Part shown: positions 14,601-28,270 of the stretch, piece by piece
Layout of the letters: each line of letters begins with the position of its first letter
How positions within the stretch are numbered: the stretch's first letter is position 1
From: Eledone cirrhosa
Taxonomy: Eukaryota
NCBI GenBank assembly: GCA_964016885.1
Contig: OZ024743.1
Location: forward strand, 244,032,001-244,096,000
Length of the DNA: 64,000 bases
Direction of reading: 5' to 3'
Translations under genes and position numbers: made by a program
Notes under the pieces: model-generated
The model's database searches: none
What the model saw: only the letters and a program-made list of their open reading frames with translations
Told to the model about the DNA's origin: nothing

Positions 14601-15204
14601 CTTATCATTTATATCACTTCCTTTGAAGCATCCAGCCAATCAATGTGAGCATGTAAGCCACGTGATCAACTAAAAGTCGACATTATGAGAGGCGAGGTTT
14701 ATTAATTGACTTACTACATATAAGCTAGACAATCAACAATATTGTTTAGTCGGTGGCATTTCTTCTATTTGCCGAAAGGTAAGGTGTGAAAATGCAATTA
14801 GAAAGAAAGTTAACGGAGGAGATTGAAGAAAACGTGGAGAAGCAAAAAAAAATAAGGCTCAAGAATTATCGGAACGTGAAGTTAATGAAATTCTCGGAAT
14901 GCTGTTGAAGGATGAGAAGCTAAATTGTCTGTGAGATAATTGCAAACAGATGGAATTACGATAACATAAGGGCTAAAGCAGCAACAGCAACACTAACAGC
15001 ACAATAATACAACAACAGTAACAACAGCAACAGTAGCAACAATATCAACAGTAGTAACAGCAGCAACAACAATATCAACAGTAGTAGCAACATTTATAGG
15101 AGCAAAAGAAAAAAGAAAAGAAAAAAACGCTAAGAACAATAAAAATCAACGAAAAAACAATAACAGTAATAACAACAACAAGAATGACAAATTCAGAGAA
15201 GGAA

Positions 15205-15235
<31 letters not shown>

Positions 15236-15353
15236 TGTATGTATGTATGTATGTATGTATGTATGTATGTATGTATGTATGTATGTACGTATGTACGTAT
15301 GTATATATATGTGTGTTATACATGCATGTATGTATATAAACATGTATATATAT

Positions 15354-15975
15354 ATATGAAAAAGTAAGTCCTTCATCAGTGACCCTCCAACCGTCCTGGG
15401 CATTTTATCGCTTTAAGGGCCATATACCTCAGGTTGGTGCGAACAACGGCTAAAAAAAGTCGTTGGGACACGTAAATAAAGGGGACGCTAGGGTGAACAA
15501 ACAAAATGGTTTAAGCAACAGAAAGTGAGAAGAAAGAGACAAGGCCCAGATTTCTATGAATATAAACTCGGTGAAATCGTGAACGAGAGAATAAAGACCA
15601 TCAAACCTGGTTGAAATGTGAGCAAGGAAGGAATTTCGCACAGGTCTAACGGGGGAAGAAGAAGGGGTCTGGTCTGCGAATTCTTCTTCCCCCCGTTAAA
15701 CCTGTGCGAAATTCCTTCCTTGCTCACATTTCAACCAGGTTTGATGGTCTTTATTCTCTCGTTCACGATTTCACCGAGTTTATATTCATAGAAATCTGGG
15801 ACTTGTCTCTTTCTTCTCACTTTCTGTTGCTTAAACCATTTTGTTTGTTCACCCTAGCGTCCCCTTTATTTACGTGTCCCAACGACTTTTTTTAGTCGTT
15901 GTTCGCACCAACCTGAAGCGATGAAATGCCCAGGACGGTTGGAGGGCCACTGATGAAGGACTTACTTTTTCATAT
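15354..15975. repeat. ~310-bp-arm inverted repeat (fold-back element) between TA-rich microsatellites
   Basis: Arms 15354-15663 and 15681-15975 are reverse complements with a few substitutions and one ~17-bp indel. Mirrored ORFs 15450..15641 (-) and 15704..15895 (+). Confidence 0.95.
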
Positions 15976-16008
15976 GTAACCCATTTGCAACGCCGCAGCT
16001 CCATTATT

Positions 16009-16073
<65 letters not shown>

Positions 16074-16146
16074 CAAGGAAATATAACCGATAGACAGAAA
16101 AGTGATGGAGAGAGCGGTAGGAGTAAACGCAAAAAAGCGGGATGTA

Positions 16147-16190
<44 letters not shown>

Positions 16191-16325
16191 GAGAGAGGGG
16201 GGGGGGGTAACGAGAGAATGTTACCAGAGTTGAGAAGAAATCACGTATATTTAAATGGGGTTATATATAGAAAGATGATGAAGAATCATGATCTCTGTCT
16301 CTCTGTCTATCTCTCTCTCTCTCTC

Positions 16326-16487
<162 letters not shown>

Positions 16488-17063
16488 GTGTGCGAGTGCA
16501 TCAATTCATGGTCTCTGAACAGTTGATGGAGTCAAAGGTGTCGTGGAGTTAACATAGAGCGTGTTTGAGACATTTAAACCTGGCGGAGCTCAACCCTTTC
16601 ATAGTCTGAGCATAGTCGATATATTTGTCGATGAGTGGTTGAGAATTTCACTACGCAATAATGAGGTTTCTCGTCCAATCCCACTGCGTGGCCTCTTAGA
16701 AGACTGTCATTAATAACCTCGAGTCGACCAAAGCCTTGTGAGTGAAATTAGGAAGACGAAAACTGTAGAAGCTCGTCGGATGTATTGTACCTGTAATCCA
16801 AACGGAAAATATCAAATATTGCTTTGAAATAATGTTAAGGATACACGTGTTTGTGGGATACTCAATCACTAATACATTAATTCATGTATTGAGCGTTCAG
16901 TTGATCAAACAAGTGAATTCTCATCGTAGTAAAGATTCATCACCCACACATTAACACACACATTCAAACAGGAGTGAGTCTGAAGCAGTAGTTTTTTGAA
17001 CTGTTAATTTTATGATTACCTTTATATAATAGCTGCGTATATTACTACTTCATTAGATATATA

Positions 17064-17253
17064 AATAATTGTTTCTACTTTTGGCACAAGGCCAGCAATT
17101 ACCCAGTGCATTACTGGTACTTTATTTTATCGACCCCGTAAGGATGAAAGGCAAAGTTAATCTCGGCGGGATTTGAACTCAGAATGGCAAGGGCCGTAAC
17201 TCTATGCGTCAAAGCATGGCGTCCGACCCTCTACCGATACTGCCAATCCACCG
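17064..17253 (-). mobile_element. tRNA-derived SINE (Meta-domain-like core)
   Basis: Full-length reverse copy of the 8426-8617 family. Confidence 0.9.
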
Positions 17254-18059
17254 GCGGGATTTGAAATAATGCTCACTATTCTTTCCCAGTTTGGATTCCT
17301 CCCCAATTTCTCCCTCGGCTAATATTCTCCTTTGGGATTTGAAATTCCTTCCCTGGGAGCCAAGTGCACTCCCTATTTGAGAATCCCTTACCAATTTAAT
17401 TACTAGATAAACCAACGTTTCTTCAAGCGGAAGTAAGCATTAAATCGGCTGGCGTATTAATTCTATTACGGAACTTTCCTTTGCTTTTTCTTTTATTCTT
17501 TTTCTTTTACTGGTTCCAGTCATTAGCCGGCGGTATTGCTGGGGCACCACATTGAATGGATTTTATTCGACTACCTCAACTTATTTGTCTTCTATTTATT
17601 TCTTACTGAACAAGGATTTAACCACAGAGTCATATCTTTAAACTATATTTCATAAAGATTTGAAAAACTTTAGTCAGAAAGTCTTCATCAACAACAATTT
17701 AGTGTCTTGCCTGAAGCCATTGCTGTATGAATGCCATCCATCATGGATGATATCCGATCTAGATATCTTAAATACTTTTGTCAGATTTTCTTTATTATAT
17801 ATTTCATTCTTACCAATTTCATTTCTTCTGTAATTTCTATTTTTTATTGTTTTTATTCTATCATCCTTTCTAAAGTCATCTATAAAATTTATATTCACGT
17901 ACGTTTCGGATATGAGTGAAATTCAAAGCAACTCAATTATCTCTATTTGATAATATTAAAAAAGATTATTGACATAATGATTCGGATACCTTCTTACAGT
18001 AGTAATTTCAAACTTCATTTTTGAGATAATGTTGGTTCTCAGATAGTACAATTTCTTTA

Positions 18060-18350
18060 AGGCGGCGGATTGACAGGGTTATTGGAACATCCGATAAAAT
18101 GTTTGCGGGTCTATGCGCTGAGAGTTCAAATTCCGGTGAGGTCAACTTTGCCTGCTATAATTTAAAGATAAATAAATAAAATACTGGGGTCGATTTCCCT
18201 TTTCTTTCTTTATTCCCCCCCCCCCCACACTCTCTCTCTGGGAGAAATTTGTAGTATTCAGTCCTGGGGATGGATGGGCTACGCCAGGTTTAAAATACCC
18301 AAGATACGCCATATTATGATGGCGCTCTTATGACTCCTTCATGAGTTACG
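18060..18350 (+). mobile_element. SINE, subfamily of 12759-13040, decayed
   Basis: ggcggcggattgacag head, gagttcaaattcc, gaggtcaactttgcct core and shared tail. Confidence 0.7.
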
Positions 18351-19477
18351 GATCCTTACTTACATACACTCAATTTCTTCACTTATTAATCAAATATTTT
18401 CTTCTCCAATCTCAGTAAACTTAACATTTCACATTCATCAGCTTCAAACTCGCCAAAACGTATTTTGGGTCAATAGCCATGTATTTTTAACTCTCTGCTG
18501 ACGTAGTATTTCGCCACGTGAAATCATGAGTTACCTTGTATTTTACTATGTTTTTCATTTAGCCTTGCAAAATGTTTCATGCCTAATTTGAAACTTATGG
18601 TAATTAGATGTCAAAGTTGTAAAATCTTTGATGCGATTCAAGTTAATAAATAGAAGTATGTGTTATGATTGAAGAAAAAAGTTGGTTTTCTCATTAAGAT
18701 GGCATTTACTTCGCTTAAACAACAATATTTACATGTTATTACTATTACCAATTCCCCCATCTAAGTTAAATTTCACTGTACTTGATTAAATTTATGTAAA
18801 TTTAGTCACTAAACGTATGGAACTAATTGATTTTGTATGAGGTATTTAAAACATTTGAAACTATAATTTAATTAAAAAGAAAACATAATTACTTTAAATG
18901 CACATGTTTGATTCATTTTCGCTTTAGGCAGAAAAAAAACTATAATCTGACGGAGTAACTAGATACCGCACATTCATCATATCTTCATTACATGTTTTTA
19001 GGAGTAAATGGAACAGCTTTACTCAAGCTCTAATATTTTTGTTGTATGGTGTGTGGCGAACTAGAACAGCTTGGTCAATAAATATTTGCTTAAGCCCTTA
19101 CATTAATGTTGCATTTGCTCAAGCCCTCACAATATTGTGACTGAGTCGAACAGTCTGATAAAGCCTTCATGTCTTCATTGTATGACTTGAGAATAACGAG
19201 AAGTGCTTGGTAAAGCTTCTTCTTTTCGTTACACAGTTTCTGACTAACTAGACCAGCCCGGTCAAACGCCATGTCTTCGTTGTATGACTTGTGACTACAT
19301 AGAAATACTTTGTCAAGCGTTCACATTATTGTTGCAGGGTTTTCTACTAACAAGAAGAGCCTAATGATGTCAGTGTAACAACAAAATCGTGATTCAATCA
19401 CATTGCGCAGTCCCCTTAGGAAAATGTCTTCTACTATAGTTTCAAAAGACCCAATGCCTTACAAGTGGAATATATAT

Positions 19478-19596
<119 letters not shown>

Positions 19597-19629
19597 AAGA
19601 AATTAAAAGATGGTTAAAAGAGTTCCATA

Positions 19630-19699
19630 TATTTTATTATGCGCATTTCGAAAACAACAGCATCCTGGGACAAAAATTGTGTTCTCATCAGATAAAATA
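19630..19699 (-). ncRNA. Type I hammerhead ribozyme (inverted-arm copy)
   Basis: Reverse complement of 19807-19876 with the core intact. Confidence 0.85.
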
Positions 19700-19806
19700 A
19701 GGTAGCATGATGTGAGGCCTAAAAACACTTGTGAACAAGAAAGTGTCCAGTCAACATATGACAAAAATATAAGAGAAGAGAAAAAAGGCCTCATACCATG
19801 TTACCT

Positions 19807-19876
19807 TATTTTATCTGATGAGAACACAATTGTTGTCCCAGGATGATGTTGTTTTCGAAATGCGCATAATAAAATA
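19807..19876 (+). ncRNA. Type I hammerhead ribozyme
   Basis: uauuuuau-CUGAUGA-gaacacaa...uuguuuuc-GAAA-ugcgca-UA-auaaaaua. Perfect 8-bp stem I, palindromic stem III AUGCGCAU, AUA triplet. Confidence 0.9.
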
Positions 19877-20069
19877 TATGGAACTCTTTTAACCATCTTT
19901 TAATTTCTTATTTATATATACTCCAGTTCTACCAACTGTTGAGTGCTACTTATCTGATATATGCATAGTTTTATTATTCTACAATATTACTCACGTCCTA
20001 CATTATATATATATATATATAAGTTAAAAAAATGAAATAAAAAATCAAGTCATTAGAAATATACTTCAC

Positions 20070-20204
20070 TGCTTTACGATCGTTTCTAGGTGATGATAAT
20101 ACATCGTAACTATGCTTCGTTATCGATCTATGTAAGGTGGTTACAAAATATCAGATAAGGAAAATATTTACTTACATGCATATCACCAGCTGTTGTCAAA
20201 AGCA
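20070..20204 (-). ncRNA. Degenerate hammerhead (mutated core) with ~105-nt stem II domain
   Basis: ugcuu-UUGACAA-...ggugau...aucacc ua-GAAA-cgaucg-UA-aagca. Stems I and III are intact, but the core has two changes from CUGACGA. Lies about 1.3 kb 3' of the PLE ORF at 21520-22760. Confidence 0.5.
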
Positions 20205-20610
20205 ATAATAATTTTATTCAAAATTAGTAGTAAATTAGTAGTATGTTTAGTTCTATGACCTTATTTGGAGGTAGTTGGAGAACAAACCAATCAGATTGTT
20301 TTTTTCCATACGATGTTAAGATGAAAAATAATTCACTTTAGTTGAGGTCATGACCCTTTGAAAGGAATGGTTGAATGGTGTTAATAATAGAATTGCTATA
20401 AACAATCTATTAGGAAGAAAGGTATTGTCATATTCATAGTTGAATGTATATGGTATAGTGAAGTTTAAAAGGAATGTAAAAATTAAATGTTGAGTTGTGT
20501 TGTATGGAGTTTTGGGTGAATATAAATTAAGGTCATGACCAGGAAAGATAGTATATTAAAAGATGAAAATTATAATAAGATAATGAAATACAGTAATACA
20601 ATAATATAAT

Positions 20611-20797
20611 ATAATTGTTTCTACGTTAGGTACAAGGCCAGCAATTACCCAGTGCATTACTGGTACTTTATTTTATCGACCCCGTAAGGATGAAAGGCAA
20701 AGTTAACCTTGGCGGGATTTGAACTCAGAATGGTAAGGGCCGTAACTCTATACATCAAAGCATGGCGTCCGACCCTCTACCGATACTGCCAATCCCC
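20611..20797 (-). mobile_element. tRNA-derived SINE (Meta-domain-like core)
   Basis: Reverse copy of the 8426-8617 family. Confidence 0.9.
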
Positions 20798-21193
20798 TAA
20801 TGTAACACAATATAGTACGGTGTGGTAAATTGTACTTAGTATAATACAGCGTATGATACGCCTTAAAATAAATTCAAGTATGTCTATGTATAAATAATCA
20901 AACTCAGATAAATGCATGTTGACAGTCAAAATGCATAAATTTCATAGATCACAAACTGCATATACCCACATTATAGATAGAGGTATAGATATATTGATAC
21001 TCAATTAAAAATATACATACGCATAAATAGATGCAAACGTATACATACATCTACACATGAGCACACAATCATATACACATATATTTATATATATATATAT
21101 TTACATATACACACCTATACACACATATATATACGTATGTACACACACATACATGCACACACACACACATAAACACTCATACACATATACACG

Positions 21194-21298
<105 letters not shown>

Positions 21299-21519
21299 TC
21301 ACATATCATACATACATAGATACATATTTACTCATGCAATTGCGGGTGGTTGTGTATCGTGTTGCCCTTAGTCATTAACGCATAAATCTAAGGAAGCTAA
21401 AAAATTAAAAGGTAAGAAATAAGCATGAATGCGTATAATTAAGGGAAAGGGGTACTAACAAATGTTACGCTATATAGAATTATAGGGAGTTGCTATTTAG
21501 AATATTTAATTAGGTTTAT

Positions 21520-22760
21520 AGTATTTAAATGTTTTTCGTATACGGTGATTACAAACTATAATCAGTTCCTGTCTTTTATTCAATAAATCGTCCTTGGATT
21601 TAGTAATTTCCAAGATCTCCCCTGAACATAACCGGCATTCTCTCCTGTTCCCAAGATATGGAGTTCTTTGTAGAATGGTGTTCCACGATAGCTTGAAATG
21701 TATTTTTTTCTTTTTATAGTTATTTACTGCTTCAGCTAAAGATGTGGTGTTAGCTAGTTTAGTATTGTTAAAACTACTAGAGTGTGCGTAAAATCTTTTC
21801 TTAAATGTGTTTGATGTAGATCTTTTTTATGTTTTGTTGGAGTCAGTAGTAGACACAGTGCATTTATATATTACATTATTAATCAAACAGTTGCCATTTA
21901 AGGGGCAAATGCTTCTATTTCTGCAATTACAACCATACGTAAGATGGTTGTTGGGGGTACCTATACCATTCTCATTAATCCTTGAGCTATTCCTATTGTA
22001 ATTAATGTTAGCGGGAGAATGCAGGTTGCTTTGTGGGTGGTTTAGTGCTAGGGTTGTATTGTGACTTTGTGTTCTGTTGTTTTTGTGTTGGTGATTTGGG
22101 TGGTTGTGTTTTCCGGGTTGACTGATTGTATTATTTGTCCTTTTAAAAGGTGCAGTCCTATTTAAATTATGTTGTGGTGGTGTGGTCATATTATTTTTAA
22201 ATTTATAAATGTTGTAGTTGCTTATTTTTTGCTGGAGATTGTTTGATGTAGAGTATGAGAATTTAACAGTATATCTGTTAAATATTTGGTGGTATCTGTG
22301 GTTTGGTGGAAAATGTTTATGTAGAATTTCGAAGAATTTTTTGGGGATTTGTCCAATAGTTTGCAGGTTGAAGGGTGCGTTGTACCATGTTATGTTTCTT
22401 TTGCGGTGTTTAGTTAAGTTCTTATTACCACTTATATTAATGTGCTGTGTTCTAGAAGAATTCATATGGTTAGTATCTGTATTTGTGGAATTTGGTAAAC
22501 TACCGTGGTTGTATTTGGTGTTATTATTGGGTAGATTATGAGATTTTGAATGCTTGGTATTCATATGTGAGTTGATTACATTGGTCATAGATCGTGTAGT
22601 AATAGTTGTTGTGGTTTTTCGGTTGTTTGGTGTAATAGGAATAACTCCATTAGGTATTTGTTTCAATGGTATTTTTTGGTGTTTGTAGTTTTTGCTAGGT
22701 CTTATATTTTGGTCCATAGTAGTGTTGGGGATATATGAAATTTTTTCTTTATATCCACTT
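21520..22760 (-). pseudogene. Penelope-like element, 3' coding part (linker, Zn knuckle, GIY-YIG endonuclease), frameshifted
   Basis: KRNITWYNAPF...HFPPNHRYHQIFNRYTVKFSYS and CNCRNRSICPLNGNCLINNVIYKC. Continues out of frame as STSNTFKKRFYAH and CRLC..E. Homologous to ORF 31837..32505. Confidence 0.9.
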
Positions 22761-22779
22761 CTAGTTAAGGCCTCGTTGT

Positions 22780-23909
22780 AGTGTATACTGATTAATGTTC
22801 AGAGCCATCCTCAGCATTCTCGTGTAGCACCCATCCACCATCTGAGTGAGTTTCTTGGTCAGTGTCCAAGTCTCAGACCCGTACAGCAGCACAGACTCCA
22901 CTACAGCAATGAAGAGCCGGATCTTCAGGTCTTTACGAAGGTCCGACTTCCACACCGATCTCAAGCTGTGGCACGCCGCCCAGGCTTTGCTCTTCCTCTC
23001 AACCACATCATCTTCCGTATTCCCAATCTTTGCTCCCAAATACAGAGGTGATGAAGAGATGTGATTTTGATGATATCATCCTGGGGTTCTGTAACCAGGC
23101 ACTGGAGAAAGGAGTTGCCCCAAATCAGTGGAGGATCAGTAACATCGTCCCAGTGCCAAAGAAAGGAGGTCTCTTTAACACCAACAACTACAGGGGATCT
23201 CACTGACGTCACTTGTGGCAAAGACCCTCAACAGGATGATTCTTAACAGGATCCAGCCTGAGATGGAGAAGAAGCTCAGGGACAACCAGAACGGCTTCAG
23301 AGAGGGAAGATCAATCACCAGTCACATCCTGATGCTGAGGAGGATATTAGAGGGAGCTAGAGCAAAGTGCTTTCCTGTGGTCATGGTTTTCATTTACTTT
23401 AGGAAGGCCTTTGATTCTGTGGACCATCACTGCCTGATGAAGATCTTACAGGCTTATGGAATCCCCAAGAAGATAGTGGACCTGATATCACTGCTCTACA
23501 CCAACACCAAAGCCCAAGTCATTACACCTGATGGGATGACAGAGTTCTTTGAGATACTGGCTGGAGTGCTCCAGGGAGATACATTGGCTCCCTACCTTTT
23601 TATCATCGTAGTGGACTATTGTATGCGCCTTGCACTGGAGAAACACCAGGACTCTGGCTTTACTGTAGCACCGGCTCAGAGCAGGAGAGTTAAGGCTAAA
23701 AAGATATCAGATGTTGAATTTGCCGACGACATAGTTTTGGTGACAAATACAGTGAAGGAGGCAGAGGATTTGATGCAGGAGGTTGAGACTGTGTCGATGA
23801 GTGTGGGGCTGAGAATGAATGAGACTAAAACAAAATATCTGGTAGAGAATGTTGAGAAGCCAGAGGGGATCACTAATGTAGGCGGGAAGCCGCTATGGTT
23901 GAGGACTTC

Positions 23910-23915
<6 letters not shown>
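22780..23915 (-). mobile_element. RTE-clade LINE with inverted 5' segment
   Basis: Plus segment 23046-23915 encodes RT (QNGFREGRS, LQGDTLAPYLF, FADD) and ends gacttcctgtat (DFLY). Minus segment 22780-23045 begins ctgtatttggga (YLGAK...LLYGSETW), so the two are contiguous protein in opposite orientations. Confidence 0.9.
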
Positions 23916-23983
<68 letters not shown>

Positions 23984-23999
23984 GTGTGTGTGTGTGTTT

Positions 24000-24195
24000 A
24001 AAAGGTAAACAGAAATAACAACACAATTGGTGCAGTATATGGAAGGTATATATTAGGTTAGCGCTTGATATAACAGGAAGAGGGTCTTAAGGTTTCGGAC
24101 GCTAGTCCTTCATCAGAAGAAAGAATGAGAAATAAAATAGATTGAGGAGGCGGCGGGCTGGAATTGGAAAAAATATCTTTACATAAAAATAACAG
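24000..24195 (-). repeat. Dispersed repeat with degenerate hammerhead-like core, copy 2
   Basis: Matches 198-405. Minus strand tctt-CTGATGA-a-ggac tagc gtcc-GAAAC-CTT-aaga. Confidence 0.6.
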
Positions 24196-24381
24196 GTCCA
24201 TTCATGTTGACATCTCTTGCAAAACTGTTGGTGCTGACGTTTTGTATATGATTTGTTATTTAGAAAAGTGGATGATGGCGCGCGTCTACCTGAAATGGAA
24301 AAAAACCGTTCTGTAAAAAAAGCTATACTTGAGCACGCGCGTAAGCATGAGGTAGTGTGTGTGTGTGTGTGTGGTGTGTGT

Positions 24382-24494
<113 letters not shown>

Positions 24495-24668
24495 CGTGCG
24501 TGTGTCTTATTATAGGTCTGTACGAAGCTAAGAAGTGTGTATATGTGAGTAAAAGAGTGTGTGTGCATGTAAGTACGAAGCTATGAGCAAAAGTATATTA
24601 ATATAAGGGTGTGTATCGGCATGTATATATATATGTGTGTGTGTGTATGTGTGTGTGTATGTACACAG

Positions 24669-24711
<43 letters not shown>

Positions 24712-25921
24712 CATATGTGTGTGTGTCTGTGTTTCCGTTTGCGTCTGTTCTTTTCGGCAAAAAATGGATTGATAGAATAAGTATCAGATTTGAAAAGTGA
24801 TAGATAATAATTCCATCCTTAAATTAACACTCCAATATAATTCTAGCATAAATTCAGCGCTCATTCTTATATGAATGTAAGAATGAAGAAGAAAGCTTAT
24901 AAAACCTCAATGTAAAAAAAAATATATATAAAAACCATTCAAATAAATGTTTATATGTGACGTTGTCACCATAAATACAACAAATCTGTAATGAAATCCT
25001 TTCTTACATATCTTTTAAATTGCCATCCTCTAAAGAACCTTTAACTAATGAAATTTCACAAATGAAACAAACGCTAGTTACAAATGAGTACCCAAATAGA
25101 TGAATCAAGCTACAGGGCAAGACAAGAATAAATTCCCATTACTGACAAAACTGATGCAACACCCAGTAAAAAAATACAAACTTTGCATTAAGTTAACTCT
25201 TTCCTTACCATGTTTCTGGTAAAAGACTGCCTATGATTTCCAAATCACTTGGAAAATAATCAAGAATATGAAGGGATTTAGTAATTTATTTAACTTTTTC
25301 GTTACTAATCTTGTGTCTGGACTATAAATTGACAAAGATTCTTACATAAAATTATCATTGAAAATCTTTAGGTAAATATAAACACCTTGAAATAAATGGG
25401 CTACTATTGTAGAATCAAGAGCGGTTTCATGCGGTTTGGTATCGAAAACATTAAATAAGAACCAACTACACTCTAATGGAAGACTGGAAGAATATGTCAT
25501 TAAAACCCCATGAATATGTACACATGTATCACTCCTAACAATAAACTAAAAATTAGAATATATTACAAAAATACAACCTTCTCATTCAGACGAAATCACA
25601 AACCTGCTTGTTATACACATATACTAATCAAAAACAGAGATATAGTAGACGTAAAATAAAGTCTAAACGTTATCAGGAAATAACCGTTAAACAATTCAAA
25701 ATTCAGTAATGACGATATTATCGGTTAGTAGCATAAGTACCCGACAGTGCCCAGGTGCCGGATATATAGAAACTATTTTGCATATACATTTTTTCTTAGT
25801 TTATCGCAGATACATCTATCTGTATGATACTAAAACTTACTGTATAATACTAAAACTCACTTAAATGTAATTCAAACAGTAGATTCTAGACCCCCCCGCC
25901 CCAAGATTTATTAATATACTT

Positions 25922-26450
25922 TCATCATCATCATCATTATCCGGCGGCCTCAGCCGAAATCGACTCAACAATTGATCTCCTCGTGGGTCTGTCGTTGATT
26001 GCCGTTGCCAAGTCCTGGATTTCAATACCAGAATTTCTGGAGATGACATCGGGATAGGAGAGCTTGCGCACCCTGTTATTAGTGACGGCTTGTGGTTTCC
26101 AAAGCACTAATGGGGACACGGCCTCATAGATGGCACGATGACAGTGGCCAGTAAATCTTACTCTCTCTTTTACGTACAACGACAGATATGCGTGGGAGGC
26201 CGCCATATATTTCTTTCAAAGTCAGATGTCGCCAGCTTATGTTCTGAATGCGTCGAAGCAGGCGAGTGTAGGCGCATCAAGGCGCTTTTGTTGTTTGGAT
26301 GAAAGCATCCATGTTTCACTTCCATATAGCAAGATTGGAAGAGTCTGATTTTGGTGTGGTTGGAAAGATTTGAGCGCCAAACTCGATCCATCTTGTTGAC
26401 AGCTGACCATGCTTACGTTTTTCTGGTGGCAAAATCCTTCTCTTAAACAT
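25922..26450 (-). mobile_element. Decayed RTE LINE 3' end with (TGA)n tail
   Basis: MDRVWRSNLSNHTKIRLF, RVRFTGHCHRA..VSPLVLWKP, then a tgatgatga tail. Confidence 0.85.
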
Positions 26451-26507
26451 ACATCCTTTTATCTAAAATAGCTTCCAGAAGATTTTGTGAATTGGAATTA
26501 CAATTGG

Positions 26508-26795
26508 GAGGTTGTGAGTTCGATTCTCGGATCAGTTGATCGTTGTGTCCTTGATACACTTTATTCACGTTGCTCCAATTTACTCAGTTGTAGAAATGAG
26601 CTGTGACGTCACTGGTGCCAAGCTGTATCAGCCATTGCCTTTCCCTTGGACATCATCGGTGACGTGGAGAGGGGAGGCTGGTATGCATGGGCGACGGCTG
26701 GTCTTCCACAATCAACCTTGACTGGACTTGTGCCTCGGGGGTGAACTTTCTAGGTGCAAATCTCATGGTCATTCGTGACCGAAGGGGCTCTTTAC
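26508..26795 (+). mobile_element. Second SINE family copy
   Basis: ggttgtgagttcgattc B-box, tgtgtccttg, gtcactggtgccaagctgtatc. Confidence 0.7.
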
Positions 26796-27152
26796 TATTT
26801 TTTTTATGTGAGAAACAGGCTAAGAACATAACGGTGTCGTAGTTGCTGCGGACTATTATTATAGGAAAACTACGTAATACAACAGTTGCAGCCTGATGAC
26901 GTTCGGCAACCGAATACCAATAATTGGTACAGGTCGGCGATTGTTTTGCCGGGATGGTTGAGGTATTATTTACAAAGAATGTAGTTTGTGTTTGTTTGAG
27001 TTCGTGGTTGGTTTTAGTTTAATATGAATGATGAATGCATTTACGTTCAGGTTAAGGCAATTGACGGTTATATATATATATATATATATATGTTTCAGAA
27101 GATCCCGTTAAGGGTGAAAGCAGCGATTCTTTGCTTAAACTTTAATCTGTTA

Positions 27153-27190
<38 letters not shown>

Positions 27191-27761
27191 ATATATACGT
27201 ATTTATAGATAGATGTACATACATATATATCAAAACGTTCAGTAACTATAGTTATTTTACGGACTACCATGTATTGATACACATATAATATCCACTAAAA
27301 TGAAGCTAGAGGTATACAAATAGAACTTATAAGTTCAATTACACTTAATAAGTGAAATTATAAAATCAATATTAAAATTAATATTGATATTGATATTAAT
27401 TTATTTAGATGCAAAGTAGACGCTTGTTGGCGTGGTTATAGAGAAATACAGTATCAAGATGAGTCGTGATGCTTCAATTGAGTAATACTGGTTTTATAAC
27501 GATTGAAAGAAGCATTAGAGAAAGAGAAAGACACGAAATTTTAAAGTGAACCTGGTAGTTGTAGTTGGTAGGTGTAAATTTTGAGTCAACCTGATGCCAT
27601 GCCAAGGGCCCTTAACACCTAGTGAAGTCGCAGATGCACTGCCTTCACAAATTGTGCGTCTTGAGCATTTAAAAACCTGTTAGACCATTACTCACCAGAG
27701 TACTCGATACTTGGGGTAGTGGAGTGGGTAATATGAAGGATTCAGGACCCCCCCCCCCCCA

Positions 27762-27794
<33 letters not shown>

Positions 27795-27795
<1 letters not shown>

Positions 27796-28270
27796 TCGCG
27801 ATCGTATTCTTTCGGTCATTACCCATGATTCATGACCATAGGTAAGGGTTGGAACGAATACCGAATTGAAGATAGTGAGTTTGGATTTTACACCTCCCCC
27901 CCCCCCCCCCTTCTGATTACCGAATGCTGAAGCTGGCGCATTATTGTACCAAAGGGCGGTGGATTGGAAGTATCGGTAGAGGGTCGGACGCCATGCTTTG
28001 ACGCATAGAGTTACGGCCCTTGCCATTCTGAGTTCAAATCCCGCCGAGGTTAACTTTGCCTTTCATCATTACGGGGTCGATAAAATAAAGTACCAGTAAT
28101 GTACTGGGTAATTGCTGGCCTTGCGCCAAAAGTAGAAACAATTATTGTACCAGCTCCTGCAATTCTAGCACTTAATTCAGCCCCCCTCTCTCTTCCATCA
28201 CTCATGAATACGACCCCGAGATACTTGAAATTCTCCACCTGCTTTAGTAGAACTCCATTAACATGTAGGA
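27795..28270 (-). mobile_element. RTE LINE RT fragment interrupted by a SINE
   Basis: ENFKYLGVVFMSDGRE..ELSARIAGAG on one side of the SINE and KSKLTIFNSVFVPTLTYGHESWVMTERIRSRI on the other. Confidence 0.85.
27953..28145 (+). mobile_element. tRNA-derived SINE nested in the RTE fragment
   Basis: Full-length copy of the 8426-8617 family. TSD attattgtacca at 27940-27951 / 28141-28152. Confidence 0.92.

Larger units (their letters stand above)
19597..19909. repeat. Inverted repeat (~125-bp arms) with a hammerhead in each arm; PLE terminal-repeat-like
   Basis: 19597-19721 is the reverse complement of 19787-19909 with a few mismatches. Flanked by (TA)n. Confidence 0.9.

Noticed and set aside
15450-15895. 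Duplicated small ORFs on opposite strands (also 29328/29988 and 46944/47201)
   Set aside because: They are by-products of inverted repeats, with no recognisable protein motifs.
26888-26935. CTGATGA-cgttcggcaacc-GAAT with ccaat/attgg palindrome
   Set aside because: GAAA is absent and there is no consistent stem I. At best a decayed copy.
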